DNA of 64,000 nucleotides. It comes from the human T2T-CHM13v2.0 reference genome, Homo sapiens. Numbering within the stretch: position 1 is the stretch's first letter; every line of letters starts with the position of its first letter. Positions 48,129 through 60,100 of this stretch are shown in pieces. Position numbers and translations under genes: made by a program. The stretch is from the NCBI RefSeq assembly GCF_009914755.1, contig NC_060934.1; one strand, written 5' to 3'. The notes under the pieces were generated by a model. It did not search any database. It worked only from the letters and a program-made list of their open reading frames with translations, and was not told the DNA's origin.

Positions 48129-51100
48129 GAATTCTCAGTCACTTCTTTGTGTTGTGTGTATTCAAGTCACAGAGTTGAACCTTCCCTTAGATAGAGCAGT
48201 TTTGAAAAATTCTTTCTGTGTAATTTGCAAGTGGAGATTTCAAGCGATTTGAGGCTAATCTTTGAAATGGAAATATCTTCGTGTAAAAACTACACAGAAT
48301 CATTCTCAGAAACTGCTTTGTCATCTGTGCGTTCAGTTCACAGAGTTTCACCTTTCTCTTCATAGAGCAGTTTGGAAAGACTCTGTCTGTAAATTCTGCA
48401 AGTGATTAGTTAGACCCCTTTGAGGACTTCGTTGGAAGCGGGATTTCTCATTTACTGCTAGACAGAAGAATTCTCAGTAAATCCTTTGTGTTGTGTGTAT
48501 TCAACTCACAGAGTGGAACCTTCCTTTATTCAGAGCAGTTTTGAAACACTCTTTTTGTGGAATTTGCAAGTGGAGATTTCAAGCGATTTGACGCCAATCT
48601 TAGACATGGAAATATCTTCATATTAAAAGTACACAGAATCATTCGTAGAAACTAGTTTGTGATGTGTGCCTTCAACTCACAGAGTTTAACCTTTCTTTTC
48701 ATAGAGCAGTTCGGAAACATTCTATTTGTAAAGTCTGCAAGTGGATATTTGGACCTCTTTGAGGCCTTCGTTGGAAAAGGGATTTCTTCATATAACGCTA
48801 GACAGAAGAATTCTCAGTAACTTCTTTGTGTTGTGTGTATTCAACTCACAGAGTTGAACCTTTCTTTAGAGAGAGCAGAGTTGAAACACTCTTTTTGTGG
48901 AATTTGCTAGTGCAGATTTCAAACGCTTCGAAGACAGTGATAGAAAAGGATATATCTTCGTATTAAAACTAGACAAAATCATTCTCAGAAAACACTTTGT
49001 GATGTGTGTGTTCAACTCACAGAGTTTAACCTTTCTTTAATCGAGCAGTTTGGAAATACACTCTTTGTAAGTCTGCAGGTGGATAATTGGCCCTCTTTGA
49101 GCCCTTCATTGGAAACGGGATTTCCTCATATAATGCTAGACAGAAGAATTCTCAGTAACTTCTTTGTGTTGTTTGTATTCAACTCACAGATTTGAACCTT
49201 CCTTTAGAGAGAGCAGATTTGAAACACTCTGTTTTTGGAATTTGCAAGTGCAGATTTCAAGCGCTTCTAGGCCTATGGCAGAAAAGGAAATATCTTCGTA
49301 TAAAAACTACACAGAATCATTCTCAACAACTACTTTGTGATGTGTGCGTTAAACTCACAGAGTTTAACCTTTCTTTTCATAGAGCAGTTTGGAAACACTC
49401 TGTTTGTAAAGCCTGCAAGTGCTTTTTTGGACTTCATTGAGGCCTTCGTTGGAAACGGGATTTCTTCATATAATGCTAGACAGAAGAATTCTCAGTCACT
49501 TCTTTGTGTTGTGTGTATTCAAGTCACAGAGTTGAACCTTCCTTTAGACAGAGCAGTTTTGAAAAATTCTTTCTGTGGAATTTGCAAGTGGAGATTTCAA
49601 GCGATTTGAGGCTAATCTTTGAAATGGAAATATCTTCGTGTAAAAACTACACAGAATCATTCTCAGAAACTGCTTTGTCATCTGTGCGTTCAGTTCACAG
49701 AGTTTCACCTTTCTCTTCATAGAGCAGTTTGGAAAGACTCTGTCTGTAAAGTCTGCAAGTGATTAGTTAGAACCCTTTGAGGCCTTCGTTGGAAGTGGGA
49801 TTTCTCATTTACTGCTAGACAGAAGAATTCTCAGTAAATCCTTTGTGTTGTGTGTATTCAACTCACAGAGTGGAACCTTCCTTTATTCAGAGCAGTTTTG
49901 AAACACTCTTTTTGTGGAATTTGCAAGTGGATATTTCAAGCGATTTGACGCCAATCTTAGACATGGAAATATCTTCATATTAAAAGTACACAGAGTCATT
50001 CGTAGAAACTAGTTTGTGATGTGTGCCTTCAACTCACAGAGTTTAACCTTTCTTTTCATAGAGCAGTTGGGAAACACTCTATTTGTAAAGTCTGCAAGTG
50101 GATATTTGGACCTCTTTGAGGCCTTCGTTGGAAACGGGATTTCTTCATATAACGCTAGACAGAAGAATTCTCAGTAACTTCTTTGTGTTGAGTGTATTCA
50201 ACTCACAGAGTTGAACCTTTCTTTAGAGGGAGCAGAGGTGAAACACTCTTTTTGTGGAATTTGCTAGTGTAGATTTCAAACGCTTCGAAGACAGTGATAG
50301 AAAAGGATATGTCTTCGTATTAAAAGTAGACAAAATCATTGTCAGAAAACTCTTTGTGATGTGTGTGTTCAACTCACAGAGTTTAACCTTTCTTTAATCG
50401 AGCAGTTTGGAAATACACTCTTTGTAAGTCTGCAGGTGGATATTTGGCCCTCTTTGAGCCCTTCTTTGGAAACGGGATTTCCTCTTATAATGCTAGACAG
50501 AAGAATTCTCAGTAACTTCTCTGTGTTGTTTGTATTCAACACACAGATTTGAACCTTCCTTTAGAGAGAGCAGATTTGAAACACTCTGTTTTTGGAATTT
50601 GCAAGTGCAGATTTCAAGCGCTTCTAGGCCTATGGCAGAAAAGGAAATATCTTCGTATAAAAACTACACAGAATCATTCTCAACAACTACTTTGTGATGT
50701 GTGCGTTCAACTCACAGAGTTTAACCTTTCTTTTCATAGAGCAGTTTGGAAACACTCTGTTTGTAAAGCCTGCAAGTGCTTTTTTGGACTTCATTGAGGC
50801 CTTCGTTGGAAACGGGATTTCTTCATACAACGCTAGACAGAAGAATTCTCAGTCACTTCTTTGTGTTGTGTGTATTCAACTCACAGAGTTGAACCTTTCT
50901 TTAGAGAGAGCAGAGTTGAAACACTCTGTTTTTGGAATTTGCAAGTGCAGATTTCAAGCGATTCTAGGCCTATGGCAGAAAAGGAAATATCTTCGTATAA
51001 AAACTACACAGAATCATTCTCAACAACTACTTTGTGATGTGTGCCTTCAACTCACAGAGTTTAACCTTTCTTTTCATAGAGCAGTTTGGAAACACTCTGT

Positions 51101-54100
51101 TTGTAAAGCCTGCAAGTGCTTTTTTGGACTTCATTGAGGCCTTCGTTGGAAACGGGATTTCTTCATATAATGCTAGACAGAAGAATTCTCAGTCACTTCT
51201 TTGTGTTGTGTGTATTCAAGTCACAGAGTTGAACCTTCCTTTAGACAGAGCAGTTTTGAAAAATTCTTTCTGTGGAGTTTGCAAGTGGAGATTTCAAGCG
51301 ATTTGAGGCTAATCTTTGAAATGGAAATATCTTCGTGTAAAAACTACACAGAATCATTCTCAGAAACTGCTTTGTCATCTGTGCGTTCAGTTCACAGAGT
51401 TTCACCTTTCTCTTCATAGAGCAGTTTGGAAAGACTCTGTCTGTAAAGTCTGCAAGTGATTAGTTAGACCCCTTTGAGGCCTTCGTTGGAAGCGGGATTT
51501 CTCATTTACTGCTAGACAGAAGAATTCTCAGTAAATCCTTTGTGTTGTGTGTATTCAACTCACAGAGTGGAACCTTCCTTTATTCAGAGCAGTTTTGAAA
51601 AACACTTTTTGTGGAATTTGCAAGTGGAGATTTCAAGCGATTTGACGCCAATCTTAGACATGGAAATATCTTCATATTAAAAGTACACAGAGTCATTCGT
51701 AGAAACTAGTTTGTGATGTGTGCCTTCAACTCACAGAGTTTAACCTTTCTTTTCATAGAGCAGTTTGGAAACACTCTATTTGTAAAGTCTGCAAGTGGAT
51801 ATTTGGACCTCTTTGAGGCCTTCGTTGGAAACGGGATTTCTTCATATAATGCTAGACAGAAGAATTCTCAGTAACTTCTTTGTGTTGTGTGTATTCAACT
51901 CACAGAGTTGAACCTTTCTTTAGAGGGAGCAGAGGTGAAACACTCTTTTTGTGGAATTTGCTAGTGTAGATTTCAAACGCTTCGAAGACAGTGATAGAAA
52001 AGGATATATCTTCGTATTAAAAGTAGACAAAATCATTCTCAGAAAACTCTTTGTGATGTGTGTGTTCAACTCACAGAGTTTAACCTTTCTTTAATCGAGC
52101 AGTTTGGAAATACACTCTTTGTAAGTCTGCAGGTGGATATTTGGCCCTCTTTGAGCCCTTTGTTGGAAACGGGATTTCCTCATATAATGCTAGACAGAAG
52201 AATTCTCAGTAACTTCTTTGTGTTGTTTGTATTCAACACACAGATTTGAACCTTCCTTTAGAGAGAGCAGATTTGAAACACTCTGTTTTTGGAATTTGCA
52301 AGTGCAGATTTCAAGCGCTTCTAGGCCTATGGCAGAAAAGGAAATATCTTCGTATAAAAACTACACAGAATCATTCTCAACAACTACTTTGTGATGTGTG
52401 CGTTCAACTCACAGAGGTTAACCTTTCTTTTCATAGAGCAGTTTGGAAACACTCTGTTTGTAAAGCCTGCAAGTGCTTTTTTGGACTTCATTGAGGCCTT
52501 CGTTGGAAACGGGATTTCTTCATATAATGCTAGACAGAAGAATTCTCAGTCACTTCTTTGTGTTGTGTGTATTCAAGTCACAGAGTTGAACCTTCCTTTA
52601 GACAGAGCAGTTTTGAAAAATTCTTTCTGTGGAGTTTGCAAGTGGAGATTTCAAGCGATTTGAGGCTAATCTTTGAAATGGAAATATCTTCGTGGAAAAA
52701 CTACACAGAATCATTCTCAGAAACTGCTTTGTCATCTGTGCGTTCAGTTCACAGAGTTTCACCTTTCTCTTCATAGAGCAGTTTGGAAAGACTCTGTCTG
52801 TAAAGTCTGCAAGTGATTAGTTAGACCCCTTTGAGGCCTTCGTTGGAAGCGGGATTTCTCATTTACTGCTAGACAGAAGAATTCTCAGTAAATCCTTTGT
52901 GTTGTGTGTATTCAACTCACAGAGTGGAACCTTCCTTTATTCAGAGCAGTTTTGAAACACTCTTTTTGTGGAATTTGCAAGTGGAGATTTCAAGCGATTT
53001 GACGCCAATCTTAGACATGGAAATATCTTCATATTAAAAGTACACAGAATCATTCGTAGAAACTAGTTTGTGATGTGTGCCTTCAACTCACAGAGTTTAA
53101 CCTTTCTTTTCATAGAGCAGTTCGGAAACATTCTATTTGTAAAGTCTGCAAGTGGATATTTGGACCTCTTTGAGGCCTTCGTTGGAAAAGGGATTTCTTC
53201 ATATAATGCTAGACAGAAGAATTCTCAGTAACTTCTTTGTGTTGTGTGTATTCAACTCACAGAGTTGAACCTTTCTTTAGAGAGAGCAGAGTTGAAACAC
53301 TCTTTTTGTGGAATTTGCTAGTGCAGATTTCAAACGCTTCGAAGACAGTGATAGAAAAGGATATATCTTCGTATTAAAACTAGACAAAATCATTCTCAGA
53401 AAACACTTTGTGATGTGTGTGTTCAACTCACAGAGTTTAACCTTTCTTTAATCGAGCAGTTTGGAAATACACTCTTTGTAAGTCTGCAGGTGGATAATTG
53501 GCCCTCTTTGAGCCCTTCATTGGAAACGGGATTTCCTCATATAATGCTAGACAGAAGAATTCTCAGTAACTTCTGTGTGTTGTTTGTATTCAACTCACAG
53601 ATTTGAACCTTCCTTTAGAGAGAGCAGATTTGAAACACTCTGTTTTTGGAATTTGCAAGCGCAGATTTCAAGCGCTTCTAGGCCTATGGCAGAAAAGTAA
53701 ATATCTTCGTATAAAAACTACACAGAATCATTCTCAACAACTACTTTGTGATGTGTGCGTTAAACTCACAGAGTTTAACCTTTCTTTTCATAGAGCAGTT
53801 TGGAAACACTCTGTTTGTAAAGCCTGCAAGTGCTTTTTTGGACTTCATTGAGGCCTTCGTTGGAAACGGGATTTCTTCATATAATGCTAGACAGAAGAAT
53901 TCTCAGTCACTTCTTTGTGTTGTGTGTATTCAAGTCACAGAGTTGAACCTTCCTTTAGACAGAGCAGTTTTGAAAAATTCTTTCTGTGGAATTTGCAAGT
54001 GGAGATTTCAAGCGATTTGAGGCTAATCTTTGAAATGGAAATATCTTCGTGTAAAAACTACACAGAATCATTCTCAGAAACTGCTTTGTCATCTGTGCGT

Positions 54101-57100
54101 TCAGTTCACAGAGTTTCACCTTTCTCTTCATAGAGCAGTTTGGAAAGACTCTGTCTGTAAAGTCTGCAAGTGATTAGTTAGACCCCTTTGAGGCCTTCGT
54201 TGGAAGCGGGATTTCTCATTTACTGCTAGACAGAAGAATTCTCAGTAAATCCTTTGTGTTGTGTGTATTCAACTCACAGAGTGGAACCTTCCTTTATTCA
54301 GAGCAGTTTTGAAACACTCTTTTTGTGGAATTTGCAAGTGGAGATTTCAAGCGATTTGACGCCAATCTTAGACATGGAAATATCTTCATATTAAAAGTAC
54401 ACAGAGTCATTCGTAGAAACTAGTTTGTGATGTGTGCCTTCAACTCACAGAGTTTAACCTTTCTTTTCATAGAGCAGTTGGGAAACACTCTATTTGTAAA
54501 GTCTGCAAGTGGATATTTGGACCTCTTTGAGGCCTTCGTTGGAAACAGGATTTCTTCATACAACGCTAGACAGAAGAATTCTCAGTAACTTCTTTGTGTT
54601 GAGTGTATTCAACTCACAGAGTTGAACCTTTCTTTAGAGGGAGCAGAGGTGAAACACTCTTTTTGTGGAATTTGCTAGTGTAGATTTCAAACGCTTCGAA
54701 GACAGTGATAGAAAAGGGTATATCTTCGTATTAAAAGTAGACAAAATCATTCTCAGAAAACTCTTTGTGATGTGTGTGTTCAACTCACAGAGTTTAACCT
54801 TTCTTTAATCGAGCAGTTTGGAAATACACTCTTTGTAAGTCTGCAGGTGGATATTTGGCCCTCTTTGAGCCCTTCGTTGGAAACGGGATTTCCTCATATA
54901 ATGCTAGACAGAAGAATTCTCAGTAACTTCTTTGTGTTGTTTGTATTCAACACACAGATTTGAACCTTCCTTTAGAGAGAGCAGATTTGAAACACTCTGT
55001 TTTTGGAATTTGCAAGTGCAGATTTCAAGCGCTTCTAGGCCTATGGCAGAAAAGGAAATATCTTCGTATAAAAACTACACAGAATCATTCTCAACAACTA
55101 CTTTGTGATGTGTGCGTTCAACTCACAGAGGTTAACCTTTCTTTTCATAGAGCAGTTTGGAAACACTCTGTTTGTAAAGCCTGCAAGTGCTTTTTTGGAC
55201 TTCATTGAGGCCTTCATTGGAAACGGGATTTCTTCATACAACGCTAGACAGAAGAATTCTCAGTAACTTCTTTGTGTTGTGTGTATTCAACTCACAGAGT
55301 TGAACCTTTCTTTAGAGAGAACAGAGTTGAAACACTCTGTTTTTGGAATTTGCAAGTGCAGATTTCAAGCGATTCTAGGCCTATGGCAGAAAAGGAAATA
55401 TCTTCGTATAAAAACTACACAGAATCATTCTCAACAACTACTTTGTGATGTGTGCCTTCAACTCACAGAGTTTAACCTTTCTTTTCATAGAGCAGTTTGG
55501 AAACACTCTGTTTGTAAAGCCTGCAAGTGCTTTTTTGGACTTCATTGAGGCCTTCGTTGGAAACGGGATTTCTTCATATAATGCTAGACAGAAGAATTCT
55601 CAGTCACTTCTTTGTGTTGTGTGTATTCAAGTCACAGAGTTGAACCTTCCCTTAGACAGAGCAGTTTTGAAAAATTCTTTCTGTGTAATTTGCAAGTGGA
55701 GATTTTAAGAGATTTGAGGCTAATCTTTGAAATGGAAATATCTTCGTGTAAAAACTACACAGAATCATTCTCAGAAACTGCTTTGTCATCTGTGCGTTCA
55801 GTTCACAGAGTTTCACCTTTCTCTTCATAGAGCAGTTTGGAAAGACTCTGTCTGTAAATTCTGCAAGTGATTAGTTAGACCCCTTTGAGGACTTCGTTGG
55901 AAGCGGGATTTCTCATTTACTGCTAGACAGAAGAATTCTCAGTAAATCCTTTGTGTTGTGTGTATTCAACTCACAGAGTGGAACCTTCCTTTATTCAGAG
56001 CAGTTTTGAAACACTCTTTTTGTGGAATTTGCAAGTGGAGATTTCAAGCGATTTGACGCCAATCTTAGACATGGAAATATCTTCATATTAAAAGTACACA
56101 GAATCATTCGTAGAAACTAGTTTGTGATGTGTGCCTTCAACTCACAGAGTTTAACCTTTCTTTTCATAGAGCAGTTCGGAAACATTCTATTTGTAAAGTC
56201 TGCAAGTGGATATTTGGACCTCTTTGAGGCCTTCGTTGGAAAAGGGATTTCTTCATATAACGCTAGACAGAAGAATTCTCAGTAACTTCTTTGTGTTGTG
56301 TGTATTCAACTCACAGAGTTGAACCTTTCTTTAGAGAGAGCAGAGTTGAAACACTCTTTTTGTGGAATTTGCTAGTGCAGATTTCAAACGCTTCGAAGTC
56401 AGTGATAGAAAAGGATATATCTTCGTATTAAAACTAGACAAAATCATTCTCAGAAAACACTTTGTGATGTGTGTGTTCAACTCACAGAGTTTAACCTTTC
56501 TTTAATCGAGCAGTTTGGAAATACACTCTTTGTAAGTCTGCAGGTGGATATTTGGCCCTCTTTGAGCCCTTCTTTGGAAACGGGATTTCCTCTTATAATG
56601 CTAGACAGAAGAATTCTCAGTAACTTCTCTGTGTTGTTTGTATTCAACACACAGATTTGAACCTTCCTTTAGAGAGAGCAGATTTGAAACACTCTGTTTT
56701 TGGAATTTGCAAGTGCAGATTTCAAGCGCTTCTAGGCCTATGGCAGAAAAGGAAATATCTTCGTATAAAAACTACACAGAATCATTCTCAACAACTACTT
56801 TGTGATGTGTGCGTTCAACTCACAGAGTTTAACCTTTCTTTTCATAGAGCAGTTTGGAAACACTCTGTTTGTAAAGCCTGCAAGTGCTTTTTTGGACTTC
56901 ATTGAGGCCTTTGTTGGAAACGGGATTTCTTCATACAACGCTAGACAGAAGAATTCTCAGTCACTTCTTTGTGTTGTGTGTATTCAACTCACAGAGTTGA
57001 ACCTTTCTTTAGAGAGAGCAGAGTTGAAACACTCTGTTTTTGGAATTTGCAAGTGCAGATTTCAAGCGATTCTAGGCCTATGGCAGAAAAGGAAATATCT

Positions 57101-60100
57101 TCGTATAAAAACTACACAGAATCATTCTCAACAACTACTTTGTGATGTGTGCCTTCAACTCACAGAGTTTAACCTTTCTTTTCATAGAGCAGTTTGGAAA
57201 CACTCTGTTTGTAAAGCCTGCAAGTGCTTTTTTGGACTTCATTGAGGCCTTCGTTGGAAACGGGATTTCTTCATATAATGCTAGACAGAAGAATTCTCAG
57301 TCACTTCTTTGTGTTGTGTGTATTCAAGTCACAGAGTTGAACCTTCCTTTAGACAGAGCAGTTTTGAAAAATTCTTTCTGTGGAGTTTGCAAGTGGAGAT
57401 TTCAAGCGATTTGAGGCTAATCTTTGAAATGGAAATATCTTCGTGTAAAAACTACACAGAATCATTCTCAGAAACTGCTTTGTCATCTGTGCGTTCAGTT
57501 CACAGAGTTTCACCTTTCTCTTCATAGAGCAGTTTGGAAAGACTCTGTCTGTAAAGTCTGCAAGTGATTAGTTAGAACCCTTTGAGGCCTTCGTTGGAAG
57601 CGGGATTTCTCATTTACTGCTAGACAGAAGAATTCTCAGTAAATCCTTTGTGTTGTGTGTATTCAACTCACAGAGTGGAACCTTCCTTTATTCAGAGCAG
57701 TTTTGAAAAACACTTTTTGTGGAATTTGCAAGTGGAGATTTCAAGCGATTTGACGCCAATCTTAGACATGGAAATATCTTCATATTAAAAGTACACAGAG
57801 TCATTCGTAGAAACTAGTTTGTGATGTGTGCCTTCAACTCACAGAGTTTAACCTTTCTTTTCATAGAGCAGTTTGGAAACACTCTATTTGTAAAGTCTGC
57901 AAGTGGATATTTGGACCTCTTTGAGGCCTTCGTTGGAAACGGGATTTCTTCATATAATGCTAGACAGAAGAATTCTCAGTAACTTCTTTGTGTTGTGTGT
58001 ATTCAACTCACAGAGTTGAACCTTTCTTTAGAGGGAGCAGAGGTGAAACACTCTTTTTGTGGAATTTGCTAGTGTAGATTTCAAACGCTTCGAAGACAGT
58101 GATAGAAAAGGATATATCTTCGTATTAAAAGTAGACAAAATCATTCTCAGAAAACTCTTTGTGATGTGTGGGTTCAACTCACAGAGTTTAACCTTTCTTT
58201 AATCGAGCAGTTTGGAAATACACTCTTTGTAAGTCTGCAGGTGGATATTTGGCCCTCTTTGAGCCCTTCGTTGGAAACGGGATTTCCTCATATAATGCTA
58301 GACAGAAGAATTCTCAGTAACTTCTTTGTGTTGTTTGTATTCAACACACAGATTTGAACCTTCCTTTAGAGAGAGCAGATTTGAAACACTCTGTTTTTGG
58401 AATTTGCAAGTGCAGATTTCAAGCGCTTCTAGGCCTATGGCAGAAAAGGAAATATCTTCGTATAAAAACTACACAGAATCATTCTCAACAACTACTTTGT
58501 GATGTGTGCGTTCAACTCACAGAGGTTAACCTTTCTTTTCATAGAGCAGTTTGGAAACACTCTGTTTGTAAAGCCTGCAAGTGCTTTTTTGGACTTCATT
58601 GAGGCCTTCGTTGGAAACGGGATTTCTTCATATAATGCTAGACAGAAGAATTCTCAGTCACTTCTTTGTGTTGTGTGTATTCAAGTCACAGAGTTGAACC
58701 TTCCTTTAGACAGAGCAGTTTTGAAAAATTCTTTCTGTGGAGTTTGCAAGTGGAGATTTCAAGCGATTTGAGGCTAATCTTTGAAATGGAAATATCTTCG
58801 TGGAAAAACTACACAGAATCATTCTCAGAAACTGCTTTGTCATCTGTGCGTTCAGTTCACAGAGTTTCACCTTTCTCTTCATAGAGCAGTTTGGAAAGAC
58901 TCTGTCTGTAAAGTCTGCAAGTGATTAGTTAGACCCCTTTGAGGCCTTCGTTGGAAGCGGGATTTCTCATTTACTGCTAGACAGAAGAATTCTCAGTAAA
59001 TCCTTTGTGTTGTGTGTATTCAACTCACAGAGTGGAACCTTCCTTTATTCAGAGCAGTTTTGAAACACTCTTTTTGTGGAATTTGCAAGTGGAGATTTCA
59101 AGCGATTTGACGCCAATCTTAGACATGGAAATATCTTCATATTAAAAGTACACAGAATCATTCGTAGAAACTAGTTTGTGATGTGTGCCTTCAACTCACA
59201 GAGTTTAACCTTTCTTTTCATAGAGCAGTTCGGAAACATTCTATTTGTAAAGTCTGCAAGTGGATATTTGGACCTCTTTGAGGCCTTCGTTGGAAAAGGG
59301 ATTTCTTCATATAACGCTAGACAGAAGAATTCTCAGTAACTTCTTTGTGTTGTGTGTATTCAACTCACAGAGTTGAACCTTTCTTTAGAGAGAGCAGAGT
59401 TGAAACACTCTTTTTGTGGAATTTGCTAGTGCAGATTTCAAACGCTTCGAAGACAGTGATAGAAAAGGATATATCTTCGTATTAAAACTAGACAAAATCA
59501 TTCTCAGAAAACACTTTGTGATGTGTGTGTTCAACTCACAGAGTTTAACCTTTCTTTAATCGAGCAGTTTGGAAATACACTCTTTGTAAGTCTGCAGGTG
59601 GATAATTGGCCCTCTTTGAGCCCTTCATTGGAAACGGGATTTCCTCATATAATGCTAGACAGAAGAATTCTCAGTAACTTCTGTGTGTTGTTTGTATTCA
59701 ACTCACAGATTTGAACCTTCCTTTAGAGAGAGCAGATTTGAAACACTCTGTTTTTGGAATTTGCAAGTGCAGATTTCAAGCGCTTCTAGGCCTATGGCAG
59801 AAAAGTAAATATCTTCGTATAAAAACTACACAGAATCATTCTCAACAACTACTTTGTGATGTGTGCGTTAAACTCACAGAGTTTAACCTTTCTTTTCATA
59901 GAGCAGTTTGGAAACACTCTGTTTGTAAAGCCTGCAAGTGCTTTTTTGGACTTCATTGAGGCCTTCGTTGGAAACGGGATTTCTTCATATAATGCTAGAC
60001 AGAAGAATTCGCAGTCACTTCTTTGTGTTGTGTGTATTCAAGTCACAGAGTTGAACCTTCCTTTAGACAGAGCAGTTTTGAAAAATTCTTTCTGTGGAAT

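Noticed and set aside
50694-51137. Longest ORFs (147 aa; also 56802 and 61213), Cys-rich with CxxC-like spacing
   Set aside because: Created by a single TAA>TCA change that fuses two repeat frames; the Cys richness comes from tgtg runs and is not a zinc finger.
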